64,000 nt of DNA, taken from IMG/VR virus record IMGVR_UViG_3300044732_001099, positions 1 through 64,000 of that record; one strand, given 5' to 3'. Positions 9,980 through 20,900 of this stretch are shown one piece after another. The stretch comes from a virus. A program made the position numbers and the translations under genes. The notes below the pieces were generated by a model that was not told the DNA's origin, did no database searches, and saw only the letters and a program-made list of their open reading frames with translations. Position 1 is the stretch's first letter. Each line of letters starts with the position of its first letter.

Positions 9980-12900
9980 ATGGCACAGCCCACTGTAAAC
10001 AGATTTTATAAGGGCCTAAATTCTGATGTAAGCCTTACCGATAGAGCACAAGATATGTATCTTGATGGTCATAATATAAGACTTTCTAGAAGAGAAGAAG
10101 GTACTTTGTGGGCCGCAAACATTAAAGGTAATGAAGAAACATTTCAACTAAAAGAAAATTACATACCTGTGGGATCCGTTGAGTTCGATGGATTCCTTTT
10201 TATCTTTTCAGTAAATCCTGACATAAATACAAGTGAAATAGGTTCATATCCATCGCCAGATCCAATAACAAATGAGATAACAAGAGATTATAGACCTCTT
10301 AGAAACTATACTCCGCAAATATACATACCAGATATTAACGATGAATGTTTAGTATCTACCATTAGTGATCTTGGTGATTTTAGAACACAATTGCTAGGTT
10401 TTAGATGCGATAGGCCATTAAGAATAGAAGCGCGTTTAGATTTTGATGGTTCTGTTAATCTTTACTGGACAGATGATAATCTTCCATGGCGTGTAATAAA
10501 CAATGGATTTGTATTAAAAACTGGCAGACCAAACAATCGATATGTTACTGCCGGCATGATACAATCTGGTTATATCAATGGTATAAATGAAAATGCTAAT
10601 CACCCTACTGTAGATTTTCAAACATATGGATCTGGAAGTCTTAAAGTTGGCAACTATTTTTTCTTTGTAAGATACACAGACCTTAATTTTTTATCAACAT
10701 CTTTTCTTGGACAATCAGGTCCAATCCCGTTATTTGTAAGTAATAATGCCGGTGCTGCAGTTGTGACATTTAGTGGAGAATCAGACGACTTTTCTAATAA
10801 ATCTGTAAACTTACTCATACAAAACTTAGATCCAAACATATCTTTTTTTGAAATAGGTTACATTCGTTATTTTGGCCAAGATATATTTGAATGTTTTCTT
10901 ATTGACAAAAGATTTAGTATAAATGGTTCTACATCTGCAGGAGCAACAATAACAGGGAACGAGCCACTAGTAGCATTGACTATAGATGAGTTAGTTGTTT
11001 ATAAACCAAGTGACGCTCTTTATTGCAAAGATATAGCACAAGCATTTAATACTTTTTATTTAGCAAACACTAGAGGCCCTGTTCTGGACCATCCAGATTT
11101 GCGTAGGTTTATGTGTGCTCTTACGTTATCTGAAAATTATACAAATAATGGCCCGGCCGATGAAATACGCACAGATCAAAATAACAATCCATATTCTACA
11201 AATGGAAATGACACAGAAGAAAATGTAGGATATTTTTCTGGAGAAACATATTGCTTTGCTTGTATACCAGTATTTAAAGGTGGTTTTACAGGCTTACCAT
11301 ATCCAATGACAGGCTATGATAACTATACTAATCTTATGGTTAATAGCAATCAAGATGGTATATTTAGATTTAGAAGATACTTTGATGCGCCGGCATACGA
11401 TGGCACAGATACATTTATAAAAGGAATCAATGTAAACACATCTGGTGCGGCAACTATATATAGCACATCACAATGGTTGCAAGAAAATCTTATTGGTGTT
11501 TATGTGTCAAGAGCAGAACGTAAGCCAAATCTATTGTTTCAAGGATTAAGTCTTCGTTGTTACAATGGAAAAGTAAATCCACTTATTAGTAGGTTTGGCC
11601 TAATACCAAATTTCAAACGATATAGATTTGATAATGATACAGTTTATAAAGATATAAATTTAAAATTTAGCTCAAAAGAAGATTGGAAAACAGATAGGTT
11701 AATACCTTTGTTTGAGCCAGCGACTTATATGTATTATAGACAATGGACTAGTTTTACACCAGATAATGTAAATTCTTGGTTTCATTATGTTAGGCCATAT
11801 AATTTTTTAGATCGAAATGATTTTGTAGATCCAAATAGTCTATCAATATTTTCAACGGATTATTATATTGGTAGAGAAGTTGTTCCCGATAATTCATATG
11901 TAGAACTTTTAGCTACAACATCTTATCAAGATGATTGGAATAGAGAATCAACTTCATTAAATCCATTTCCTATTAATAATACTTCAGCTATAGGAAACTG
12001 GAAACAAAATGCAACAGATCCGGGTCCTTTTTCAAGTTTTTGGTTTCCTTTTGAGCCATTATATTATGATGCAAGTATTCCAAATAGAGGTGTTGTGCAA
12101 ACTTTTGTAGGTTACAATCAAAATGGTTTAAACATTGTAGCACCAGAAGGATTTAATGCTAACTGTTTAAATATAACTGGATGGACTGCAGTTCCTAATA
12201 CAAGATTTGTATCTCGTTTTGATGAAGGAAAAATAGCTAGTCAAGATGGATTGTATTATTTTGAAGTAGGTCATGATACATATCCTAATGTAAAAGATTA
12301 TGAAATAAGTTTACCTATAGCAACTCCTGACTATGTAGCTATAACTAATGCTCCTGTTTACGATGCACCATATCAAGCACTGACACAGAGGTATGATCAT
12401 TTTGTAGATGATTGGAATAGATCAATAGTTAACACTTATATAGCAAATCCAAACACATTAAACTATACAGATTTTTATGATTTTAAAAATACTGTATTTA
12501 GTCCTATAGGATTATTTCAAAATATAACTGATTTTTTAAATGTACCACAACATACATACTATAGGGGCGATTGTATTGTCTCAAGAACATACATAAAACT
12601 ACAAAATGCAAGTAACGAAAACATTAGTCAGTTTTTTTATGATGTTATAGCAAATGTCGAAGGGGTTGGAGTTGCTACAGTAGAAAATACAAATGCAGCT
12701 CAAGCATTAGATGCATTTCAAAATGGATATGGTCACTGGGTTTCTGTTGTGACTGAAAACAAATATAATCCAAGTTACAGATACGAACTAGGTAGAAACT
12801 ATTTCTATCCAAAGACTAATCCTCTTAACCCGGGTATTGACTTTGCCTGGATATATGACAGTCCAGAAAGTTTCTTTTACAACAAAGGAATGTCGGAATA

Positions 12901-14062
12901 TCTTGGACCTAGACAAAGCGTAGGTATTGATTTATATCAACCATTAAGCGACAATAGATTTCCAACAAGAATAAGACCTAGTCTTAAACATATTTTTGGT
13001 GCCCTTCGCGATGGATATAGGCAGTTTATTCCCGCCGATGCAAAAGACTTTGACTATGAGGCAGGAGAAATACAAGCAATAGTTTACATGTTTGACTACT
13101 TGTATTCTTTCCAAAATAGAGGCATTAACTTGCATCCAATCAATGAACGTGTAACGCAAGAAGGTACTGCCGGCAGCACTGCTATTCTTGGCCAGTCAAC
13201 AGGCCTTACTGAGTTTAGGCAAGTAATACAAAAAGGATATGGCACACAACATAGATTTGGCGTAATAAAAACACCACAAGCAATATACTGCATTGACTGG
13301 AACAAACGATCAATCATGCGTATTGTTGGTGGACAAGTAGAACAACTTGATATTAAAAAAGGAGTTCAGTCTTGGTTTAGAAGAATAGTAGCACTAGGAA
13401 GTACCGGCTATAGCGATGCGCTTGAAATATTACCAAATGAACACACATGTGGATTAGGTATTCATGGAGTGTACAATCGCAAATACAAAGATATTGTTTG
13501 GACATTAAAACTTGGAGAAGAAACAAATACTATAGTATTCTCAGAAGAGATGGACACTTTCTTAGGTACGCATGGTTACAAACCAAACATGTATGCTCAA
13601 GTAGAAGAAGATCTTTATAGTTTTGTTGACAATAAAGCTTGGCTTCATGATGTAAATACAAAGTATGATAATTTTTACGAACAGCAAGATGTTTGGAAAA
13701 TAAAAGTATCAGTTGCCGAGGGAGCAGAGATTACTAAACACTATGACAATATTATCATTAGCAGTAACAACAGAGTTTTTAGTGCAATAAAGTTTGAAAC
13801 GCAACATCAGGTAGCAGAGCAAAGACCTTTCCAACCAACAAACGAGTTTTGGTACGCGCCAACATACAGAGAAAACGAATGGAGATTACCGGTGCGTAGA
13901 GCTGACAATGTTAAAGAACCAGAACTAAATATTTACGATGACTTTGGATTTGATAAAACACCTATGAGAGGTCGCTATATGATTGTAGAACTAGAATACG
14001 ATGGCGACAAAGAACTATGGGTAAGAGAACTAATGACATTTTATAACATATCATTTACTTAA
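9980..14062 (+). CDS. Tail stabilisation / muzzle protein (P22 gp10-like)
   Basis: 1360 aa with N-terminal NRFYKGLNSD...YLDGHNIR, NLYWTDD, YGTQHRFG and a C-terminal YRENEWRLPV...MRGRYMIVEL, typical of crAss-like muzzle proteins. Confidence 0.8.
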   Translation: MAQPTVNRFYKGLNSDVSLTDRAQDMYLDGHNIRLSRREEGTLWAANIKGNEETFQLKENYIPVGSVEFDGFLFIFSVNPDINTSEIGSYPSPDPITNEITRDYRPLRNYTPQIYIPDINDECLVSTISDLGDFRTQLLGFRCDRPLRIEARLDFDGSVNLYWTDDNLPWRVINNGFVLKTGRPNNRYVTAGMIQSGYINGINENANHPTVDFQTYGSGSLKVGNYFFFVRYTDLNFLSTSFLGQSGPIPLFVSNNAGAAVVTFSGESDDFSNKSVNLLIQNLDPNISFFEIGYIRYFGQDIFECFLIDKRFSINGSTSAGATITGNEPLVALTIDELVVYKPSDALYCKDIAQAFNTFYLANTRGPVLDHPDLRRFMCALTLSENYTNNGPADEIRTDQNNNPYSTNGNDTEENVGYFSGETYCFACIPVFKGGFTGLPYPMTGYDNYTNLMVNSNQDGIFRFRRYFDAPAYDGTDTFIKGINVNTSGAATIYSTSQWLQENLIGVYVSRAERKPNLLFQGLSLRCYNGKVNPLISRFGLIPNFKRYRFDNDTVYKDINLKFSSKEDWKTDRLIPLFEPATYMYYRQWTSFTPDNVNSWFHYVRPYNFLDRNDFVDPNSLSIFSTDYYIGREVVPDNSYVELLATTSYQDDWNRESTSLNPFPINNTSAIGNWKQNATDPGPFSSFWFPFEPLYYDASIPNRGVVQTFVGYNQNGLNIVAPEGFNANCLNITGWTAVPNTRFVSRFDEGKIASQDGLYYFEVGHDTYPNVKDYEISLPIATPDYVAITNAPVYDAPYQALTQRYDHFVDDWNRSIVNTYIANPNTLNYTDFYDFKNTVFSPIGLFQNITDFLNVPQHTYYRGDCIVSRTYIKLQNASNENISQFFYDVIANVEGVGVATVENTNAAQALDAFQNGYGHWVSVVTENKYNPSYRYELGRNYFYPKTNPLNPGIDFAWIYDSPESFFYNKGMSEYLGPRQSVGIDLYQPLSDNRFPTRIRPSLKHIFGALRDGYRQFIPADAKDFDYEAGEIQAIVYMFDYLYSFQNRGINLHPINERVTQEGTAGSTAILGQSTGLTEFRQVIQKGYGTQHRFGVIKTPQAIYCIDWNKRSIMRIVGGQVEQLDIKKGVQSWFRRIVALGSTGYSDALEILPNEHTCGLGIHGVYNRKYKDIVWTLKLGEETNTIVFSEEMDTFLGTHGYKPNMYAQVEEDLYSFVDNKAWLHDVNTKYDNFYEQQDVWKIKVSVAEGAEITKHYDNIIISSNNRVFSAIKFETQHQVAEQRPFQPTNEFWYAPTYRENEWRLPVRRADNVKEPELNIYDDFGFDKTPMRGRYMIVELEYDGDKELWVRELMTFYNISFT

Positions 14063-14065
14063 AAC

Positions 14066-17000
14066 ATGCCTCCATTTACAACACTCAACGGCCAAACAGG
14101 ATATTTTGATAACAGTGGACAGTTTGTTCCTGCATCACAAGAAGAGTACAACCAACAATTTGGCATGCTACAGCAGTTTGGTAATAATCCATTTATATCT
14201 GCACAGCAAACATTTACACAACAACCGCAATCTATTCAGCAAGGTGCAATACAACCACCTATGGCTGGCCAAATGACTAATGAGCAAAAAGTAATGCAGG
14301 CTCAAGGAGATGATTCTCCTATGTTAGGTAATATGCCATACGTACAAAAAGGAAATGAACTTGGAGTGCAAAAAGGAAAATCTTTTTTCCCATATAATGC
14401 ATCAACAGCAAGTGGTCATCCATTAAACACAGCAACAAATACAGTTTTTAATGCTTATGATTTAACGACTAATCGTAAAAATGATATAGTAAATCCATAT
14501 GTTGCACAAGTTAATTTAATGCGATCGCAAAATGCTGCTAGCTTTTTAAATAAATTAAGTAATAAACCTACTGCTTCTGCTGCAACAACTCAAACACAAG
14601 TAACAGTACCTCAAACAACTGGAGCAACAGAAATAATACCAACTTCAACAGCAGAACAAGCAGAAGGCGGAAACTGGTTTTCAAATATGTTTAACAAACC
14701 ATCTGTAAAAGGAGTGCCAGCTGCAGATAAAATTACAAATGTTATAGAAAAAGGACCTAGTTTATTTAAGCAAAGTAAAGATTTTTTTGGTAGTGAAGCA
14801 GGGCAAGCAACATCTGCAGGCATAGGTGCTGGATTAGGTGTAGCTACTAGTCTTATTGGAGCTAATGCCTCTAAATATGACCAACGTGTAGGAATGTCAA
14901 AACCAAATGCTTTTAGCACTATAGCTGGAGATAGCACAGTAACGCAAATAGGATTGAATCCTGCTCTTATGGGAGCAACTGGAGGACTTTCTGCAGTAGC
15001 TGGACTTGGTATAGATTTGGTTAAAAACATTGTAAAATATAATAAACAAAAAGACAGTTACGAAAACAAAAAACTTGCCGTTGATACCATGCAGCAACTT
15101 GACGACGCAAGAGAAAATATGAAGCCAGACTATACTGGTTATGCTAGAAGTGGAACGCAAGTGAACCCATATTTAAAAGCACAGTATGGAACAAAAGCAA
15201 TAGTCGAAGGAAAAAAAATGGATATTGATAGTGATGAATACAGAAGACTATACAATTCTGGAAATCTTATGAGAGTTGATGAAGGAGGAATGCCTACAAT
15301 GACTACTGAAGATTTAGTTATTACTGGTCAAATGACTGATAACACTAGAGAGCAAAGAGAAATACAAAAAGAAAGAGATGCGCAAGGGTTAAATTATAAC
15401 TGGAGTTCTGGTTCTAACAATCCTTATATGAGTCAACCAAAAAATACTGTACCTACTGGAATAAACTCAACAGTTCCTAGTGTGCCACCATTTCAACCAA
15501 TATTTAATCCTGAAGACGATTATTTAAAAGATTATGTTGGAAAATCATTAGGTGAACAACCTTTTATATTTAGCAATGCTTCAGAAGTAGGAATGGGTTA
15601 TAATCATTTTGGTAATAATGCATGGATGTCAACTGGTCTTGGAACTGTAGATGATAGTCCAACTATTATGGGTCATTTGGCGAGTCGTTATAGTACTAAT
15701 GAAGCTTATGAAGCTAGTAAAAAAGCTAATGATATTCCATCTTTATATTTCTTTTATAAAGATTTAAGTAAAGAAAAAAATTGGCAAGAAGACGTTGGCG
15801 TTTCAGCAACTAAATATTACGACAATTTAAATGAATTAAATGATGGTAGTAGTTATTTAGAAAGAGAAGGTAGATTTATAGATGATATTGTTAAAAAACA
15901 AGGTTATGGGCATAATATTGTAATGGATGAAAATGGAAATAAACTTATTAGAAATTTTACTCCTGATAAAGATAAATTCATGGGTTCTGTCACATTGACT
16001 CCAGAAATGTATAAAGCAATACTTGAAGCTCCAAATCAAACAGAAGCAAAGCGTAGATTAATGCAAATGGCCAAAATACCACAAGACGTAGATATGGATA
16101 AACTATTTATTCACATGAACTTAAGTAAACCAAAAAATTTATCAACTTATTTTAAAGCAAAGACAGTAAATCCTAATTCTGTAAGAAATTGGCACGATAC
16201 ACCTACAGGAACTATATATATAAATAGAGTAAAACAAGATGGAATAGGCCATTACAATGTAACCAAACATCGAATAGGTGGTATGGTGCAAAATCCGTAT
16301 TTAAAAGCTCAATATGGGACAGATTCAAAAAAAAAACCTATATATACCGGCCAAGATAAATCACCAAATTATAAATCAAATGTAACTATAAATGGTAAAC
16401 AAATAGGCAAAGGAAGTCAAGAATATAAAGATGCATATGATTCAGGTAACTTAATGTCTGTAGATTATGATGGAATGCCAGTAATGTATAGCAATCAACA
16501 AGCAGAAGTTACAGCAGAAGCTCCGGCATGGTTAAAGCAACAAAGAGAGCGCGAAAAAGATCCAGTTGCTTTTGCAGTAAGAAAAGGTACTGGTGATTTT
16601 GCAAAAGGAACAGCTCAAGGAGTAGGTACTGCATTAACTTATGCAGGAGAAGTAATGAATACTCCATTAGCTATGGCAGGTGAATTATTATCAGGCAGAA
16701 ATGATTATTATTCTGCATTACCTAATTTAACAAGGTCAATGAAAGATATGGGATTAGAAAACCAACTAACATCTGAAGATAAAAAATGGTTACCAAAGAA
16801 CGACCAAATGACTCCTGGTGCATTGGTATCTGATAATCCTTTAATACAAATGGGTATAGATGTACCTTTAGATATTTTAACAGGAAAAGGTTTTAAAGCA
16901 TTAACTAAAATGCCAAAATTGCCAATAGTTGGAAATTTAAATGAATACATAGAAATGAATAGCATGGAAAATGCATATGATATTCTAAAAGGTGGTAAAA

Positions 17001-17947
17001 AAAGAATTATAGATAGAGACAAGTTAATAGCTATTAAAGAAGCTATGACACATAGTAGAAAAACAAATGTTGAAAATGCTCATAATCAGTTTTATGATGA
17101 ACTTGTAAATACACCAGAAGGCAGAAGAAGATTAAAGTTTATTGGATTAACACCAGAAGATATAAATAAACCAGAACTTACATTTGACAATACAGGATCA
17201 AAATATAAATTAGGAACAGATCAAGGTGTAAATATTGATTTAGAACAAACAATTGATACTTATACTACGGATGGTTTAGGCGATATGATTATTTATGATC
17301 ACGAAATAGGTCATGCATTGTCAGACGATTTAAGAAGAGCAGAGTGGCAAGAAATGATAACTAAAAAATTAAATAACGATCCTGCTTTTAAAGAACAAAT
17401 GATTTTAGAAGCTCAATCTAAAAACATGACTTTAGAAAAACATCTATGGGAAAAACTTCTTCCTAAATATAGATCAATATTTGATGATGATTTAACCGAT
17501 AATGTATTTGCAGGAGAAATGAATGATGTAACACCTAGAGCTATTAAAAATCAAGATTATGCAAGTTATTTTAGTGAACCATTTCCTCATTTAAGAGAAA
17601 TGAGACAAAACATAGTAGATAAAGGATATACAAATCATAGATGGGACGAAGTTACAGATGAAATGTTAGATGATTTTATTAAAAACGAAAAATTAAAACC
17701 TGAAGGAAAAGATAGAATATCTAGTTTTATAGAAAATTCTCCAGAAAAAAGAAAAAAACTTTTGTGGTATATGAATAATTTTCCATCATTAGTTCAAACA
17801 TTAGTAGGAGGTGCAGCGACTACAACTGTACTTGGGTCTACATTAGACGGAGGTACTTCAGGTCCAAGACAATCTAATGATTTACAAAGTGGTCAAGGTC
17901 CAGAACAAAAAAGACAAGGTGGCAAAACTAATCCATACTTAAAATAA
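14066..17947 (+). CDS. Modular virion cargo (ejection) protein with a zincin-like domain
   Basis: 1293 aa after the muzzle gene. It has Gly/Ala-rich hydrophobic segments, two NPYLKAQYGT-headed modules and HEIGH at 17300-17314 with a downstream Glu. It ends KRQGGKTNPYLK. Confidence 0.65.
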   Translation: MPPFTTLNGQTGYFDNSGQFVPASQEEYNQQFGMLQQFGNNPFISAQQTFTQQPQSIQQGAIQPPMAGQMTNEQKVMQAQGDDSPMLGNMPYVQKGNELGVQKGKSFFPYNASTASGHPLNTATNTVFNAYDLTTNRKNDIVNPYVAQVNLMRSQNAASFLNKLSNKPTASAATTQTQVTVPQTTGATEIIPTSTAEQAEGGNWFSNMFNKPSVKGVPAADKITNVIEKGPSLFKQSKDFFGSEAGQATSAGIGAGLGVATSLIGANASKYDQRVGMSKPNAFSTIAGDSTVTQIGLNPALMGATGGLSAVAGLGIDLVKNIVKYNKQKDSYENKKLAVDTMQQLDDARENMKPDYTGYARSGTQVNPYLKAQYGTKAIVEGKKMDIDSDEYRRLYNSGNLMRVDEGGMPTMTTEDLVITGQMTDNTREQREIQKERDAQGLNYNWSSGSNNPYMSQPKNTVPTGINSTVPSVPPFQPIFNPEDDYLKDYVGKSLGEQPFIFSNASEVGMGYNHFGNNAWMSTGLGTVDDSPTIMGHLASRYSTNEAYEASKKANDIPSLYFFYKDLSKEKNWQEDVGVSATKYYDNLNELNDGSSYLEREGRFIDDIVKKQGYGHNIVMDENGNKLIRNFTPDKDKFMGSVTLTPEMYKAILEAPNQTEAKRRLMQMAKIPQDVDMDKLFIHMNLSKPKNLSTYFKAKTVNPNSVRNWHDTPTGTIYINRVKQDGIGHYNVTKHRIGGMVQNPYLKAQYGTDSKKKPIYTGQDKSPNYKSNVTINGKQIGKGSQEYKDAYDSGNLMSVDYDGMPVMYSNQQAEVTAEAPAWLKQQREREKDPVAFAVRKGTGDFAKGTAQGVGTALTYAGEVMNTPLAMAGELLSGRNDYYSALPNLTRSMKDMGLENQLTSEDKKWLPKNDQMTPGALVSDNPLIQMGIDVPLDILTGKGFKALTKMPKLPIVGNLNEYIEMNSMENAYDILKGGKKRIIDRDKLIAIKEAMTHSRKTNVENAHNQFYDELVNTPEGRRRLKFIGLTPEDINKPELTFDNTGSKYKLGTDQGVNIDLEQTIDTYTTDGLGDMIIYDHEIGHALSDDLRRAEWQEMITKKLNNDPAFKEQMILEAQSKNMTLEKHLWEKLLPKYRSIFDDDLTDNVFAGEMNDVTPRAIKNQDYASYFSEPFPHLREMRQNIVDKGYTNHRWDEVTDEMLDDFIKNEKLKPEGKDRISSFIENSPEKRKKLLWYMNNFPSLVQTLVGGAATTTVLGSTLDGGTSGPRQSNDLQSGQGPEQKRQGGKTNPYLK

Positions 17948-17952
17948 ATATC

Positions 17953-20900
17953 ATGAATCCATATCTTAACAAAAAAGCTATTGTTAGCAAAAGAGGACAG
18001 TGGGATTATCCTAGACAAGATACTATTGTCCCTACTCCAGACGGTAGTATAACAATGCAAGGAGTAAACTATCCTGTGTATGGACAAGATGAAACTGGAT
18101 ATGGACAAATGATGTACCCTAATCAAGAGTATAAGTTTCCCGGAAAGATGGTATATGAAACACCAATGGCAGATGGTGATAATACAGAAGTGTTTAATAA
18201 ATCTGTATCAGGCGCAACAGATTGGTTTGCATCATTATTAGATAATCCCGAATATTATAAAAGATTAAAAAATGAAGTTAAACAATCTAATGCTTTAAAT
18301 AATAATGTAAAATATGATTCAAAAACTGGTGCCGAAAAAATACTAGATCAAAGAAAAACTGGATTTTCTTCTGTAAAGTTTATAGAACCAAATAGTAATC
18401 TTAGAGATGAAGTAGCTATTGTAAATGATTTAGACAAAGACGCATATGGAGCGCACGTATTAAGAGGCATTAAATATTATGAACCTCAATATAATAGTAA
18501 TGGCTATTTAACAAAAGATATAGCTTCAATAGGGCCAAACAAAATAGGAATCAATCCTGTAATGTATAATCCAGAAAATAAAGACAATTTAAAAAATCTA
18601 TTAGTTCATGAAATAGAACATGCTACACAAATAGCACAACCTGGATATGCAAACCCTTATAGATTTAGTAATTACGTTGAAGTAGATAATGGGACATTAC
18701 CATTGTACAAACAAGACAATAATATAACTCCATACGCTGAACAAGTTATTAAAGAAAACATTTTATCAGACGATCCATATTATTCCGACATACAAGAAGT
18801 AATGTCAGGAAAAAGGCAAATAGAAAACATGTTAGAAAATGTGCCTGAAAATACTTTTACTAAACCGTGGAAATATGGAGATGAAATAGATGATGAGCAT
18901 TTTAATTACATATTTAGTGATGATGAAAATATATCATTTAAAAATGACAATATTAGAAATGCTTTATTAGGCGATAAAAAATATAGTGATTTATTAGACG
19001 TAGAAAAAGTAGATTTAAAAAAAAGATTATCTAACATAATGATGAAAATTGCTATGGAAAACTCTAAAAACCCTTACACAGATTATGCTAGAAATGGCAC
19101 TATGATTAAACGTGCAGATGGTTCGTATTCTGAACGCGGACTATGGGATAATATTAGAGCAAACAAAGGTTCTGGAAAAAAACCAACAGAACAAATGCTT
19201 GAACAGGAAAAAAAGATTAAAAAACAAGAAATGCAAAGTGGAGGTAAAACTAATCCATACTTGCAAGCTCAAGCTGGAACGCAAGCTTCAACTTATACCT
19301 GGGCAACAGGTTCTAATGCACCACAAACAACACAACCTGTAAATACATTAGGTTCCGGCCACAGTCAAACACTGCCATCAACATATAAACCTGTAGGTGA
19401 TTTAACTAAAGTTACTAAAGAAAAACCAAAAGGATCTGGTGGCTCAGGGGATAATTTATTTATGCAAGGGGTTGGTGCTGTTGACAAAGCAATAGGACAA
19501 GGAGCTTCTTATTTATTAGGTGCTGCAGGAGAAGCATTTACGGCGCCTGCATCTGCGTTAATAGAAGGTTTTCATTATTTAAGTGGAAAACCATATAACT
19601 TTGGCAATGCCATGCCTAATCCAGGCAGAATATCAGCTTATGCTAGTGGTGACTCTGATCTTTATAAAGATAATCGCCAAAAAACGCTTACTGAACTTGC
19701 GGGTGTAAATAGAGATGACAATCCTGTAGGGGCTATGATATTAGATGTTTTCACTCCAACATTACCAATAGCTTCTATGGGTAAAGCTGCAAATGCATCA
19801 AATGCAATAAAATATGCACCAAAAGCAAATGCTTTAACAAACCTTGTTACAGACCCATATAGTTTTATTAAAACAATGAAAACTCCTACTATAAATCCAA
19901 ACGTAGGATTAAAGTTTGTAGATGAAACTATTGATTCACAAAAAGCTTTACAACGGGTTAATCAAAATGTCATTAATCCAGCAATGCAACCTCAACTTGC
20001 AGTTAATGCAACGCAAGCAGTAGCAAAAGAATATACTCCTTGGACTATGCAAGAAATGCCAGGATTGCATATTAAATCTACTATGTCAGGTTCTCCATTT
20101 GAAAAACAATTATCTAAAACTGGAGAGTTAAATGTTAGTAATATACAAGCACACATAAATAAATCAGATGTAAGTGCAGCAGATAAGTTTACATTACAAA
20201 AAGTTCTTGATGAAAAGTTTGCTGGAAAACAAAAAATAGACTACAATGAGTTTAGAAAAGCTGTTCAAGAAGAAGCAGTAACATTAGAAAGAAATATAAT
20301 AGAAGACGATAATTGGGCAAATTATGGAGTAGGTAGATTAGATTATCCAGGATTAAAACCAGAATCTTATAAATCTTCAATACAAAATATAATAGATGAA
20401 TCTCAATATTATAGTACAATAAAAAATATAAAAAAAGAAGATTTAAGAAAAATTATAGATAATGGCGAAGAAAAATATTTAATAACAGATAGATTTGGTC
20501 GTGGACAATATATACCAGCTGATAAAATAGATAATCATTTAAATTACGAAAAAAATATAGCTGATGATTTTTTCAAAAATACCTATCCAAAAAAGGCAGA
20601 ATATGAAAAACTTTTAACTGAAATTCCTGAAACAAAAACATTTACATATCAAAATATAGATAAATTTGGAAAAGGTGATGCTAGACATTATAATGATGCT
20701 GCATTAGCCCATACAAGAACAATGATATCTAAAGAAGAACCTGATATAGTGCATTTTATAGAACAACAAAGTGATTATTGGCAGAGTGGTGCTGGTAAAA
20801 ATCCAGTTAAAATAGATTATGAAAAATGGAATCCAAGAATTGAAAAAATGGAAAAAGACTTGGCTGATGGTTATGCCGATTTAGAATACATGAAAAAAAA

